A stretch of 20,000 nucleotides of DNA from an uncultured virus (IMG/VR IMGVR_UViG_3300012665_000499) (IMGVR_UViG_3300012665_000499); one strand, 5' to 3'. Shown: positions 1 to 7,845, numbered from the stretch's first letter. Notes: generated from the letters alone by a model not told the origin. Program-made: numbers and translations.

Positions 1-336
1 GTTGGATAGCATGTAGTAGCCACCACCTTTACGCACAGTTACATAACTACCGTCTGACTTGCATGCTAGGTACGCAATGGGGTACTGCTCATCGAGTTTC
101 ATAATCTCCATCCACTCGTACACATACACCTTACCTGCGAACGCAGCCCCATCACCCTGCGAATAGAACCCGCTGAAAACAATGTCGTCCACACGCACCC
201 CCTTGAGGGCGCAGTCAGCCTTGAAGTTGTCGTAGATAAAGTCCCACCACTCCCATTCGGTAGCGTACCCAGTCCACTTCCAATACTCATCCCTGAAACG
301 CTTGGGGTAGCGTTCCTTTAGTTCTTTAGCGTCCAT
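1..336 (-). CDS. Hypothetical phage early protein with FSGFYSQGDGAAF motif (3' end outside window)
   Basis: Not in the ORF track. ATG at 336 after GGAG; frame is open to position 1 (MDAKELKERYPKRFRDEYWKW...DIVFSGFYSQGDGAAFAGKV...). The SGFxSQGDG motif recurs in phage/plasmid hypothetical proteins. Confidence 0.8.
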   Translation of the reverse strand, partial: MDAKELKERYPKRFRDEYWKWTGYATEWEWWDFIYDNFKADCALKGVRVDDIVFSGFYSQGDGAAFAGKVYVYEWMEIMKLDEQYPIAYLACKSDGSYVTVRKGGGYYMLSN

Positions 337-562
337 ATTGCTCTCCAATAAGTAGTGCCGTACAAATACCCTCGAGTTCAGTCTTTGCTTCCTCTTGGGT
401 ACGATAGATAAATATCGCGGGGCTGTCCATTGCCTCACGCAGTTTGGGTGCTACGACTGCACGAACAGCATCGCCATAGGGTTGTATCCAACCCACCCGC
501 ATATCGTTGATATACAGGTTGCCATGAACAAGTTCCTCTGAGTGGTTCCAAAAGATTTTCAT
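326..562 (-). CDS. Hypothetical protein
   Basis: Start moved to ATG 562 (MKIFWNHSEE), which forms an ATGA overlap with the stop of the upstream gene; its own stop overlaps the start region of the next gene. Confidence 0.7.
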   Translation of the reverse strand: MKIFWNHSEELVHGNLYINDMRVGWIQPYGDAVRAVVAPKLREAMDSPAIFIYRTQEEAKTELEGICTALLIGEQYGR

Positions 563-939
563 ATATTTATGTCCACTACACGGCTGACACAAATAACATT
601 TGCGGTGTATTCCCCGCCTTCGGTGAATTCAATGTCATCTGTATCCTCACCGAGGCGCACCATCTCGTAGTTGTAGCCCGCGATACCTCCATCGGTATCG
701 TTCTCTAACATACTAAGCATACGCAGGAACGCTTGAACATCAGGGTAGGAGTCGTACCATTTCACATCCACGATGTTGAATATCAACGCACATCCCTCGT
801 CACGCCACTCCATGTTCGCATCGAATAGCGCAACCGTATCTTTGAATGTGGTGCCCATCAACACCTTGAGCATGTCGTACTTTTCTTGGTTGCACTCGTC
901 AGGGTAGATAACCACGCTTACATCTGAACGGTATCCCAT
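559..939 (-). CDS. Hypothetical phage protein (MGYRSDV N-terminus)
   Basis: 126 aa, AGGAG RBS, tightly packed in the operon; this N-terminus is typical of phage early genes. Confidence 0.8.
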   Translation of the reverse strand: MGYRSDVSVVIYPDECNQEKYDMLKVLMGTTFKDTVALFDANMEWRDEGCALIFNIVDVKWYDSYPDVQAFLRMLSMLENDTDGGIAGYNYEMVRLGEDTDDIEFTEGGEYTANVICVSRVVDINI

Positions 940-940
940 A

Positions 941-2086
941 TCATTCTCCTAAGTTAATAGTCACACCGTATGGTGCTTTAAGGTCAGTCGTCAACGCCCA
1001 CATAGTCGGGCAGTCGCTACGCCCCCAGTCGCCTACATACCCATCGCTGAACTGGATGATGGCTTGGGGATGGATGTTCTTCTCACGCAGGTAGTCAAAC
1101 AACACCGCACCATTGGTACCCCCACCCCCCTTGGGCTTGAGGTCTTGGATAGCAAACTGCCCATCCTCGAATGTCTGATGACCTACCACATCGGTGTCCC
1201 AATACACCACATGCACTTTGCTTGGCTTGACATCCTCAATCACTCGAGTAGTCTCCGATGCAAACAGCGTCATCTCATGGCTGCCAAACACCGAGCCTGA
1301 TGTGTCGAACCCGATGACCAACTCGGTCATAGTCATACCCAACATAGTCGGCATGTAAATGTCCTCACTCAGGAACCTACGATTAGGTCTAGCCCACGAT
1401 GATTCATCACGCCCCGCACAGGTCTCTTGGATGAAGTCACGCAACACTTTGCGCCAGTCCACCTTGGGAGAGAGCAGGTCACCGAACGCACCATCCTCAC
1501 CCCCCGAACCATTTGCGCTACGCTTCTTACGCATAATCTCGCCTTGTCGCAGGGCACGACCAATCTCGTTCTCCATCTCTTGCTCGGTAGGTGTGCGCCC
1601 ATCGCCATCCCAGTCATGCTCATCGGTACCTTCCTCACCGCCATCCTCATCCTCTTGCTCGAGGTCGGTATAGATTTGCAGTACTGACCAACCCTTGTAC
1701 TTAGGCTTAGGTTTAATACCAACCTTGGGCATCTTGACAAAGCCCTCACCCGCATCGGTATCGTGCAGTACGCCATTGACAAAGTAGTCAGCAGCCACAT
1801 TCGCAAGTCGAGCGTTTGATTTGTGCAACTCTTTCCATACAGTCAGGTGTCGGTATGCTTTGTGTGTCGCCTCATGCAATACAAGGAAACGCAACTCGGC
1901 ATCGTCTGCCATGTTCTCTTCGATGAACTTGGGGTTGTACATGACATTCCACCCATCGGTACAGGCGGTTGGTACATCCTCAGTCACAGTCACTTTGCCA
2001 CACGCTAGCACCCCTGCAAATACGCAGAACTTTTTGTGCTGCATCACAGCGATGTGGGCTTTCTTGATACGGTCGGCTACATTCAT
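941..2086 (-). CDS. DUF2201-like putative metallopeptidase with C-terminal vWA-like domain
   Basis: TACTDG, HEATH (HExxH), acidic linker, MIDAS-like DTSGS, GGGGT and FSDG. Start at ATG 2086 (MNVADRIKKAH) after GGAG. Confidence 0.9.
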   Translation of the reverse strand: MNVADRIKKAHIAVMQHKKFCVFAGVLACGKVTVTEDVPTACTDGWNVMYNPKFIEENMADDAELRFLVLHEATHKAYRHLTVWKELHKSNARLANVAADYFVNGVLHDTDAGEGFVKMPKVGIKPKPKYKGWSVLQIYTDLEQEDEDGGEEGTDEHDWDGDGRTPTEQEMENEIGRALRQGEIMRKKRSANGSGGEDGAFGDLLSPKVDWRKVLRDFIQETCAGRDESSWARPNRRFLSEDIYMPTMLGMTMTELVIGFDTSGSVFGSHEMTLFASETTRVIEDVKPSKVHVVYWDTDVVGHQTFEDGQFAIQDLKPKGGGGTNGAVLFDYLREKNIHPQAIIQFSDGYVGDWGRSDCPTMWALTTDLKAPYGVTINLGE

Positions 2087-2172
2087 AGTGGTCTCCATGC
2101 GAATAAATCAAAGGCTAAAACGATAACGGCTAAAACATATACCGTTATAAGTATTTGTGTAATGGGTCTCAT
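2083..2172 (-). CDS. 29-aa single-transmembrane microprotein
   Basis: MRPITQILITVYVLAVIVLAFDLFAWRPL*; ATGA overlaps at both ends, GGGGA RBS, one hydrophobic helix. Below the ORF-track cutoff. Confidence 0.7.
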   Translation of the reverse strand: MRPITQILITVYVLAVIVLAFDLFAWRPL

Positions 2173-2312
2173 GATGTCCCCTTCGCTTCGGCTTGTTGCC
2201 TGCGATACACAAAGTCGGGTAACTTGGGCACACCCAGTGCTTTCTGCGGATGCCAAGTTTTATGTAGACGGACGATGGTGCGCCCGTTTGAAGTGCGTTC
2301 AGTAATCAACAT
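2169..2312 (-). CDS. 47-aa basic hypothetical protein
   Basis: MLITERTSNGRTIVRLHKTWHPQKALGVPKLPDFVYRRQQAEAKGTS*; preceded by TAAGGACTTCTATC, the RBS cassette also used by other early genes. Confidence 0.7.
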   Translation of the reverse strand: MLITERTSNGRTIVRLHKTWHPQKALGVPKLPDFVYRRQQAEAKGTS

Positions 2313-2323
2313 GATAGAAGTCC

Positions 2324-3385
2324 TTAGAAGAATTTGCCGAGTTTGGCTGCGGCTGCGGTGAACTTGCGGTTCTTACACGCCATGCCCACCTTGGCTTTGT
2401 TGGTAGCCACGGACATAACGAACAGGCTGTATGCCTCGAACGATTCCACACCCATGCGGTCGGCGTACTCCATCACCGCATCCATAGTCGTCTCGGTCAC
2501 ACGCCCCGCCAACATGAAGGCAAGAATGAACAGCGCACCTGCACCATCAGGCACCTTGGCTTTATCGGGTGACTTAACGATGGTCTCGAACATGGGCAAC
2601 TGGTCAGCGAGATTAACCAACGCATCCATCTGCCGAGCAGCCGCTTCACCTACTGTACCCGCCAATGCAGGGAGGGTCGCCGCACCCAGTACATCACGCT
2701 GACTCACGATGTGACCTGCCTTAGTAAGTGAGCGAAGGGAACAGTACGCCTTGGTGTTGCCAGTCAAGGGATTGAAGATGTAGGGGTTCTTAACCTTGGG
2801 GTCGAGGTCGGTGTAGCAGTCGAATACCTCGGGGGTCTGCTTGCCGAACACAATCACCTCGGGTGCTACGCCATTGTTGGTAGCCCACGGCAGCCATTCC
2901 TCAAAGGTCGGGTTACTTATGTCCACCACAGTCATACGATTGAACGCATGGGCAGGGATGTTGTCACCCACGCCATCGGTGTCGAGGTTGGTAGTGCCGA
3001 ACACAATGCTGCCCTTGGGCAGGGGTACATCCCCAATGCGATGCTCCAAGATTACAGGCAGCAGCATATTCATCACAGGTCGGCTCGCCTTACCCAACTC
3101 ATCGAGCATGAGTACGACAGGCTTTGTTTGGTCACGCCCCACACCGAACCGAGTATTCGGTGCATACGATGTGGTCATGTTGTCTCGGTCGATGACAGGC
3201 ATACCCAAGTCACCGAGGTCGAGGTTGGCTACATCTATGTAGCAGATATGGTAGTCAGGGAGATTCTCACGCATCACCTCAAGGATGCTTGACTTACCGA
3301 TGCCGGGCTGACCACGCAGCAAGATTGTGTTGGTGGTGCCAATTGTGCAGACCATGTTGGCTGCTTGAGAGAGAGTTACATTCAT
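2324..3385 (-). CDS. MoxR/AAA_5-like AAA+ ATPase
   Basis: Walker A GQPGIGKS, Walker B LMLDEL, sensor GTTN, AFNRM arginine-finger region; lies next to a vWA gene. Confidence 0.9.
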   Translation of the reverse strand: MNVTLSQAANMVCTIGTTNTILLRGQPGIGKSSILEVMRENLPDYHICYIDVANLDLGDLGMPVIDRDNMTTSYAPNTRFGVGRDQTKPVVLMLDELGKASRPVMNMLLPVILEHRIGDVPLPKGSIVFGTTNLDTDGVGDNIPAHAFNRMTVVDISNPTFEEWLPWATNNGVAPEVIVFGKQTPEVFDCYTDLDPKVKNPYIFNPLTGNTKAYCSLRSLTKAGHIVSQRDVLGAATLPALAGTVGEAAARQMDALVNLADQLPMFETIVKSPDKAKVPDGAGALFILAFMLAGRVTETTMDAVMEYADRMGVESFEAYSLFVMSVATNKAKVGMACKNRKFTAAAAKLGKFF

Positions 3386-3439
3386 GATAAAAGCCTTGTA
3401 TTAAATATAAAGAAAGAGAAAGTTATAACAGGTATAAGT

Positions 3440-4189
3440 TTAGAGTTGGTCTGTGTGGGTCACCTCCGTTGCTATTGTGTCGTACATGGCGCGTTTGTAT
3501 TCCTTCATGATGCGTGACCACGCACCCTTGGCATCGTCTCGCTCCACCCATATCCATTTGTGTCCTGCAACATTGTCCCACTTGCCCTTCTGCTCGACCT
3601 TGGCTTTCTGCACAACAGCCGACCAATGGTCAGCGTCATCAGGGTCAGTCAGGTCAGGGGTATTCCTAAACCCAGCAATAAAACTCACAGCCTCAAGGGG
3701 AGCCGTTGCGTACAACAAAGGAAACATATCCTTGAATCCCGAGGTCTTGATACCCTCCATGAATTCCTTGCTCTCAGCCTTGTTGATACGCCGTGCTTCA
3801 AAGGTTCGGGGTTTGGTCAGCAGGTTGCCCAACGCATCGAATGTGATGCCATCGTAGTATGCGTACCCATTGCATGTCGTCTGACTTATACCCATTATAA
3901 CTTTGTTGTATATGCTGAGCCGATGCGGGATAAATTTACGGGCTGCGATTCCCAGTTGGGTCTTGGTGGTCATCGAGTTCACCCACCCATTGCAATGCAC
4001 AGTCAGTTTGCCATCGGGGTACACCCTGAAAATATCGCTATGGTGAAACACCACAGCCACATGGTCGCCTCGGTCGGCTACCCTGAATTGGCATTTGCTG
4101 CGTCTGTCTACTGGTGCATCACCTTTGTAGTGCCCCTTTGAGTAGGCATGGATGCGAATGTGTTCTTTGATTTTGTCGTACGAGTTCAT
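3440..4189 (-). CDS. Hypothetical phage protein
   Basis: 249-aa ORF with TAAGGA RBS, co-oriented with neighbours. Confidence 0.85.
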   Translation of the reverse strand: MNSYDKIKEHIRIHAYSKGHYKGDAPVDRRSKCQFRVADRGDHVAVVFHHSDIFRVYPDGKLTVHCNGWVNSMTTKTQLGIAARKFIPHRLSIYNKVIMGISQTTCNGYAYYDGITFDALGNLLTKPRTFEARRINKAESKEFMEGIKTSGFKDMFPLLYATAPLEAVSFIAGFRNTPDLTDPDDADHWSAVVQKAKVEQKGKWDNVAGHKWIWVERDDAKGAWSRIMKEYKRAMYDTIATEVTHTDQL

Positions 4190-4217
4190 GATAGAAATCC
4201 TTAAAAAGTTATACCGG

Positions 4218-4490
4218 TTATAAGTTTGTTGCGTTTTCTGTAAAGTCGGTCTCTTGCAATGGGGGCAACTCCATCGCCTTATTCATCATTGCCCACACAT
4301 CCTTCAAAGACTCCATGTCCTCTGAGCCTGTGCATGGTGAGCCGTACCCAGTCGGCTTGTTGTCCTTGCCGTAACACACTTCCTGTAAGCAGTACCAGTC
4401 TTCACCGCCATTCTCTGACTTGGTATTTACAATGCGGTAGTTCCATGTGAACCCGCCGTCATCATTTAGTTCGTTTAGTTCATCAGTCAT
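4218..4490 (-). CDS. Hypothetical phage protein (WNYRIV motif)
   Basis: 90 aa, GAGGA RBS, operon packing. Confidence 0.8.
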   Translation of the reverse strand: MTDELNELNDDGGFTWNYRIVNTKSENGGEDWYCLQEVCYGKDNKPTGYGSPCTGSEDMESLKDVWAMMNKAMELPPLQETDFTENATNL

Positions 4491-4491
4491 A

Positions 4492-4701
4492 TCATGTCCT
4501 CTTTGGGTTAAGTTGTTTCAACATCTCAGGGTCGGTGAAGAGCATGTAGTTGCTCTTGTTCATAGGTGCAATCGTGTGCTTGACACGCTGCGCCAGTCTC
4601 TCCCCACACTCAGCACAGGTGGGGCGTAGTGCCTTGGCTCTCTGTGGTTCTACCCTTACTGCGTAGCAGCAGGTACAGATTGGTAGGTATCGCTCGTTCA
4701 T
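4492..4701 (-). CDS. Small zinc-ribbon-like protein
   Basis: CTCC...CAEC cysteine pairs, GGAGG RBS, ATGA overlap with the upstream gene. Confidence 0.8.
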   Translation of the reverse strand: MNERYLPICTCCYAVRVEPQRAKALRPTCAECGERLAQRVKHTIAPMNKSNYMLFTDPEMLKQLNPKRT

Positions 4702-4868
4702 TGCACATCCTCCACTTGTTTGACATTGATGATGTCCGAACTACCCAAGCCGTAGTTCACAGGGTTGAACTTCTGCCAAGCGAGTAACTCGGCTTCCTTG
4801 CGGTTCTCCGCTTCCACAAACACAATCGTCACTTCAACACGCTCAATGGTTACTTCGTACGAGTTCAT
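4698..4868 (-). CDS. Hypothetical protein (VEAENRKEAE type)
   Basis: ATG 4868 (MNSYEVTIER) after GGAG. Confidence 0.75.
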   Translation of the reverse strand: MNSYEVTIERVEVTIVFVEAENRKEAELLAWQKFNPVNYGLGSSDIINVKQVEDVQ

Positions 4869-4899
4869 ATATTTCTCCAAAAGTTATAACAGGTATAAG

Positions 4900-5193
4900 T
4901 TAGTTCGACTCATACCCAAGGGCGGCTAATACTTCTAGCCGTTTCGCTGCCAAGGTGAACGCTTCCGCTATCGCCCTAGCCAACTCGAGGGGGGTATATC
5001 CTGCGTTTGTACCCCCTGCACCATACGAGAAACTTACTCGTGGTTTGCCTGTGTAGTCAAAGTCCACACCAACTCGGCAAATACCACTGGTCGCCCAATG
5101 TGTGTCCGAGTGATACTGGTAGGTCATCTGTCCCACCACCTTGCCATCTTTGATGTAGGTGTAGTCGTCTGTCTTTTCGTATACATGTGCCAT
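4900..5193 (-). CDS. Hypothetical protein
   Basis: 97 aa, TAAGGA RBS. Confidence 0.75.
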   Translation of the reverse strand: MAHVYEKTDDYTYIKDGKVVGQMTYQYHSDTHWATSGICRVGVDFDYTGKPRVSFSYGAGGTNAGYTPLELARAIAEAFTLAAKRLEVLAALGYESN

Positions 5194-5204
5194 GATAGAA
5201 ATCC

Positions 5205-5420
5205 TTACTTAAAGTCGATTGCGAATTCGTTGCCGTTAAAACTTGCCTCTATGTTGCAGTACAGCATTTGTTTCAGTTGCTCTACCACGCGGTCAATGTC
5301 CCGCGCCTGATACCCATCGTCCCCACGGACAAACAAAGTACCGTTGCAGAAATACGCACAGTCAGCGATGACGGCGTTGAGGTCTTCTAACTTGTCCAAA
5401 ACAATTTTCTCTAGTCCCAT
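5205..5420 (-). CDS. Hypothetical protein, first gene after the long leader
   Basis: Start moved to ATG 5420 (MGLEKIVLDK), with GGAG 7 nt upstream. Confidence 0.7.
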   Translation of the reverse strand: MGLEKIVLDKLEDLNAVIADCAYFCNGTLFVRGDDGYQARDIDRVVEQLKQMLYCNIEASFNGNEFAIDFK

Positions 5421-5439
5421 TTTCATTCTCCGGTTATGG

Positions 5440-5957
5440 AAGTTATACCAGTTATAACTTACCGCAGAGGGCACGGAAATGCCCAATGCGCTAAGCCCTC
5501 TTTTAGTGAGGACTGTCGCCCTGCTATACATAGCAGTGGACTACGATAGGGCTTGTCGTTCACACATATTCCCCCGAGGGGGTTTGCGTTCCTAACACGG
5601 CATCAACGGCGGTCGCTACGCGCCATAATCTCCGTGCATTAGCGGGTCTAGGTCATTACCCTAGATACCCACGCCCAGTTAAGTAGTATCGGTTTGATTT
5701 GCATGATGCTGTAACCACATCATGTCAGGACTACACCTAACGCCTATTCGCCAAGGGAGGGTTCTCATGTCTGCTTATGGGTGTGCCGTGGTAGCCTCGG
5801 TGGGGTCTGGCATAAATGCTACTGCTACTGAGTAGTCATCGACCTTCACCTAATCTACCGCGTGTCCTCTTGTTGTCAGCGCAATTCATCCTATTGGTTT
5901 CTGCATTGTTGCAGCGGCGGTTTCATGGGGGGCTTGAAAGTTATACTGGTATAACTT
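5440..5957 (-). ncRNA. Putative large structured RNA or 5' leader
   Basis: No credible ORF; at least nine local or long-range helices; lies downstream of a near-consensus sigma70 promoter. Confidence 0.5.
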
Positions 5958-5990
5958 ATGGTTAGATATAATCAAACCCCTTGAGTACAG

Positions 5991-6004
5991 ATTGTTAAAG
6001 AGCG
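5991..6004 (-). promoter_or_regulatory. boxA antitermination element
   Basis: Minus strand CGCTCTTTAACAAT matches rrn/lambdoid boxA (YGCTCTTTAACA), about 60 nt after the predicted transcription start. Confidence 0.75.
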
Positions 6005-6069
6005 ATGCCCCCATAGGTGTAGGTGGTAGGCGGTACAGTTCAGAGCGATATCTCAACTGACTAGCCATC

Positions 6070-6098
6070 AGTATAGCAGGTATAGGGGGGCTTGTCAA
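6070..6098 (-). promoter_or_regulatory. Strong sigma70 early promoter
   Basis: TTGACA (6098-6093), 17-bp spacer, TATACT (6075-6070) with extended-10 TG. Confidence 0.85.
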
Positions 6099-6113
6099 GC
6101 CCCTTTTGGAGAG

Positions 6114-6395
6114 TTATACCGGGTATAACTTCTTAGCCTTAGCGATGATTTGGTGAACCCTGATTTCGGATAGGTTGTACGCCTTGGCTACATTGGCACG
6201 GGTTTCGTGCTTCTGCAACACACGCTCCACAATCTCCGCATCTCGTTTGGCTAGGTCGGGTTTCATGTATTCAGGTTTGCGTTTCACCCATGCCATCAGG
6301 GCAGCCGCAGCAGCCATGTGCAGGTCTTTGGATTCGTGGGAGTTGGTGAGCGCGTCCGCGAAAGTGTCAGGTAGTTCAAGTGATAGTTTTTGCAT
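6114..6395 (-). CDS. Small DNA-binding protein (RHH-like N-terminus, Mor/sigma-r4-like HTH C-terminus)
   Basis: 93 aa from ATG 6395; RDAEIV...TRANVAKAYNLSEIRVHQII is HTH-like and MQKLSLELPDTFADAL resembles an RHH strand-helix. Confidence 0.7.
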   Translation of the reverse strand: MQKLSLELPDTFADALTNSHESKDLHMAAAAALMAWVKRKPEYMKPDLAKRDAEIVERVLQKHETRANVAKAYNLSEIRVHQIIAKAKKLYPV

Positions 6396-6443
6396 AGTTA
6401 TACCGGTATAAGTTGAGGGAGTTGTAGTATATATCATATTTCT

Positions 6444-6791
6444 TGTTACGGGTGTTACGAGGGTAAAAAGGGTGCTGTAACGCTGGAGGGCGCATGGATG
6501 CTCATTTGTTACGCTGTTACAGATGTTACAGGGTTTTTGGGGTGTTTCCGGAAAAACACGAATGTATGAACGCCAATCCAAAATATTTCGTGATACCGAC
6601 TATACCTGCGCCCAAAAACCGATATTTGGATTCGAGAGCCAAAAAGCCTGTAACAGCGTAACATACACTAAAAATAAAAAAATATAATATATATACTCTC
6701 TCTAACTCATTGATTTCATTAGCTTTTTTATTTTGGATTTTGCCTTTGCTTTGTTACAGGCAAATTGTAACAGCCTGTAACACCTGTAACA
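6444..6791. repeat. TGTTAC/GTAAC iteron cluster with AT-rich core (origin-like)
   Basis: About 12 copies in both orientations; perfect 16-bp inverted repeat 6507-6522/6648-6663; AT-rich 6661-6745. Confidence 0.65.
6703..6715 (-). promoter_or_regulatory. IHF consensus site
   Basis: AATCAATGAGTTA fits WATCAANNNNTTR and sits in AT-rich DNA. Confidence 0.5.
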
Positions 6792-6987
6792 TATACCGGT
6801 ATAAGTTTGCCGAAAATGATAGTCGTGCCGCGCTGCGATGCCTCGAAGTTATACTGGGTATATGTTTGCCGTGTCTGTCAAGGCGGCGTTGGTTCGGTGG
6901 CTCGACTCTCCCTCTCCCGTTCGAGCCCACGCGCGCACGCTCTCCCGCTCGGTCGTGCTACTATCACCAGCCCCAAAATTGGGGCGC

Positions 6988-7011
6988 AAAAAAACCCCGC
7001 CGAGGCGGGGT
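6988..7011 (-). terminator. Intrinsic terminator
   Basis: Minus strand ACCCCGC-CTCG-GCGGGGT followed by a T run, just after the 7030-7215 gene. Confidence 0.85.
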
Positions 7012-7029
7012 AGTTATACCGGTATAGGT

Positions 7030-7215
7030 TTATGCGGTTCGTTCCGCGATTTCTTCCAAAATTATTTCGGCCCAAATTTCAGCGGCCATCAGGGTATTGC
7101 AGGCTTCAACTTCGGCCGTGGTGGCTTCCATCAAAATTTCGGCCAATTCATCGATGTTCAAAATTTGGCCATGTTGGCACAATCCATCGATATCGCATTT
7201 TGCTACAAAGTACAT
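7030..7215 (-). CDS. Small acidic hypothetical protein
   Basis: 61 aa, AAGGAG RBS, followed by a terminator. Confidence 0.75.
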   Translation of the reverse strand: MYFVAKCDIDGLCQHGQILNIDELAEILMEATTAEVEACNTLMAAEIWAEIILEEIAERTA

Positions 7216-7236
7216 TTTAATTTCTCCTTTAGATTT

Positions 7237-7265
7237 AACCCTAGGCGTTTCCGCCTAGGGTTTTT
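7237..7265. terminator. GC hairpin between two early genes (GAAA loop on minus strand; terminator-like on plus strand)
   Basis: AACCCTAGGCG-TTTC-CGCCTAGGGTT followed by Ts on the plus strand. Confidence 0.55.
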
Positions 7266-7269
7266 GGTT

Positions 7270-7845
7270 TTACTTCGCTTCGGTAAACTTAGGGTTTACT
7301 TCGACAATCAAATCCAACAAGGCCGCGGCCGTTTCGTTTTTCTGCAAAACCCGTGCGATGGCCAGGGTTTTAATCAACGCGCTTTCCAGCGTTTCGATTG
7401 TCGTGGTTTTCGCGCTGGCCTTTTCTACCGCTACGCCATCGGCTTCGGCCGCGGCCTTTTCCGCGGCCTTGATTTTGCGCGCCATCGGGTCAAAGGCTTT
7501 TCCCTCTTCGTAGCAAAGCCAGTAACTAGATGCGTACATTGTGGCCGTGTTTTTCTTCATCAAGCCATCGGCCGCAAATCCCGCGAACATATCCGCAATG
7601 TCGCGCTTGGCTTGATTATTCACCGCGGTACCGGCCAAGAATACGGCCATTTTGGTTTTCTGCGCGGCACGCATAGAATCCATCACCATTTGCACGCCAT
7701 CGTTGCGCGCTTGAACCGCATCGGCCGCGGCTTTGTCCAAGCCTTGGATTTTGTCCGCCATGGTTGACCATACTTTGCCCAATACCGCGGGAGAAAAGGT
7801 AGCGGGAGACAATGCGCCAGTGGCGCTTTCATTAAACGATGTCAT
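7270..7845 (-). CDS. Ala/Lys-rich hypothetical protein, probably the first early gene
   Basis: 191 aa, GGAG RBS, own promoter upstream. Confidence 0.8.
   Translation of the reverse strand: MTSFNESATGALSPATFSPAVLGKVWSTMADKIQGLDKAAADAVQARNDGVQMVMDSMRAAQKTKMAVFLAGTAVNNQAKRDIADMFAGFAADGLMKKNTATMYASSYWLCYEEGKAFDPMARKIKAAEKAAAEADGVAVEKASAKTTTIETLESALIKTLAIARVLQKNETAAALLDLIVEVNPKFTEAK

Noticed and set aside
99..290. 63-aa minus-strand ORF
   Set aside because: Out of frame inside the better-supported 1-336 gene.
5886..6098. 70-aa minus-strand ORF, and the extension of the 5205 ORF to 5531
   Set aside because: The first starts at the -35 hexamer itself; neither has an RBS; both overlap regulatory or structured sequence.
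6396..6581. N-terminal extension of the HTH ORF to 155 aa
   Set aside because: It runs through the iteron region from a TTG start; the protein-like sequence begins at ATG 6395.
6838..7767. 309-aa plus-strand ORF
   Set aside because: Antisense shadow of two minus-strand genes that have RBSs, a promoter and a terminator; F/R/G-rich non-protein-like sequence.
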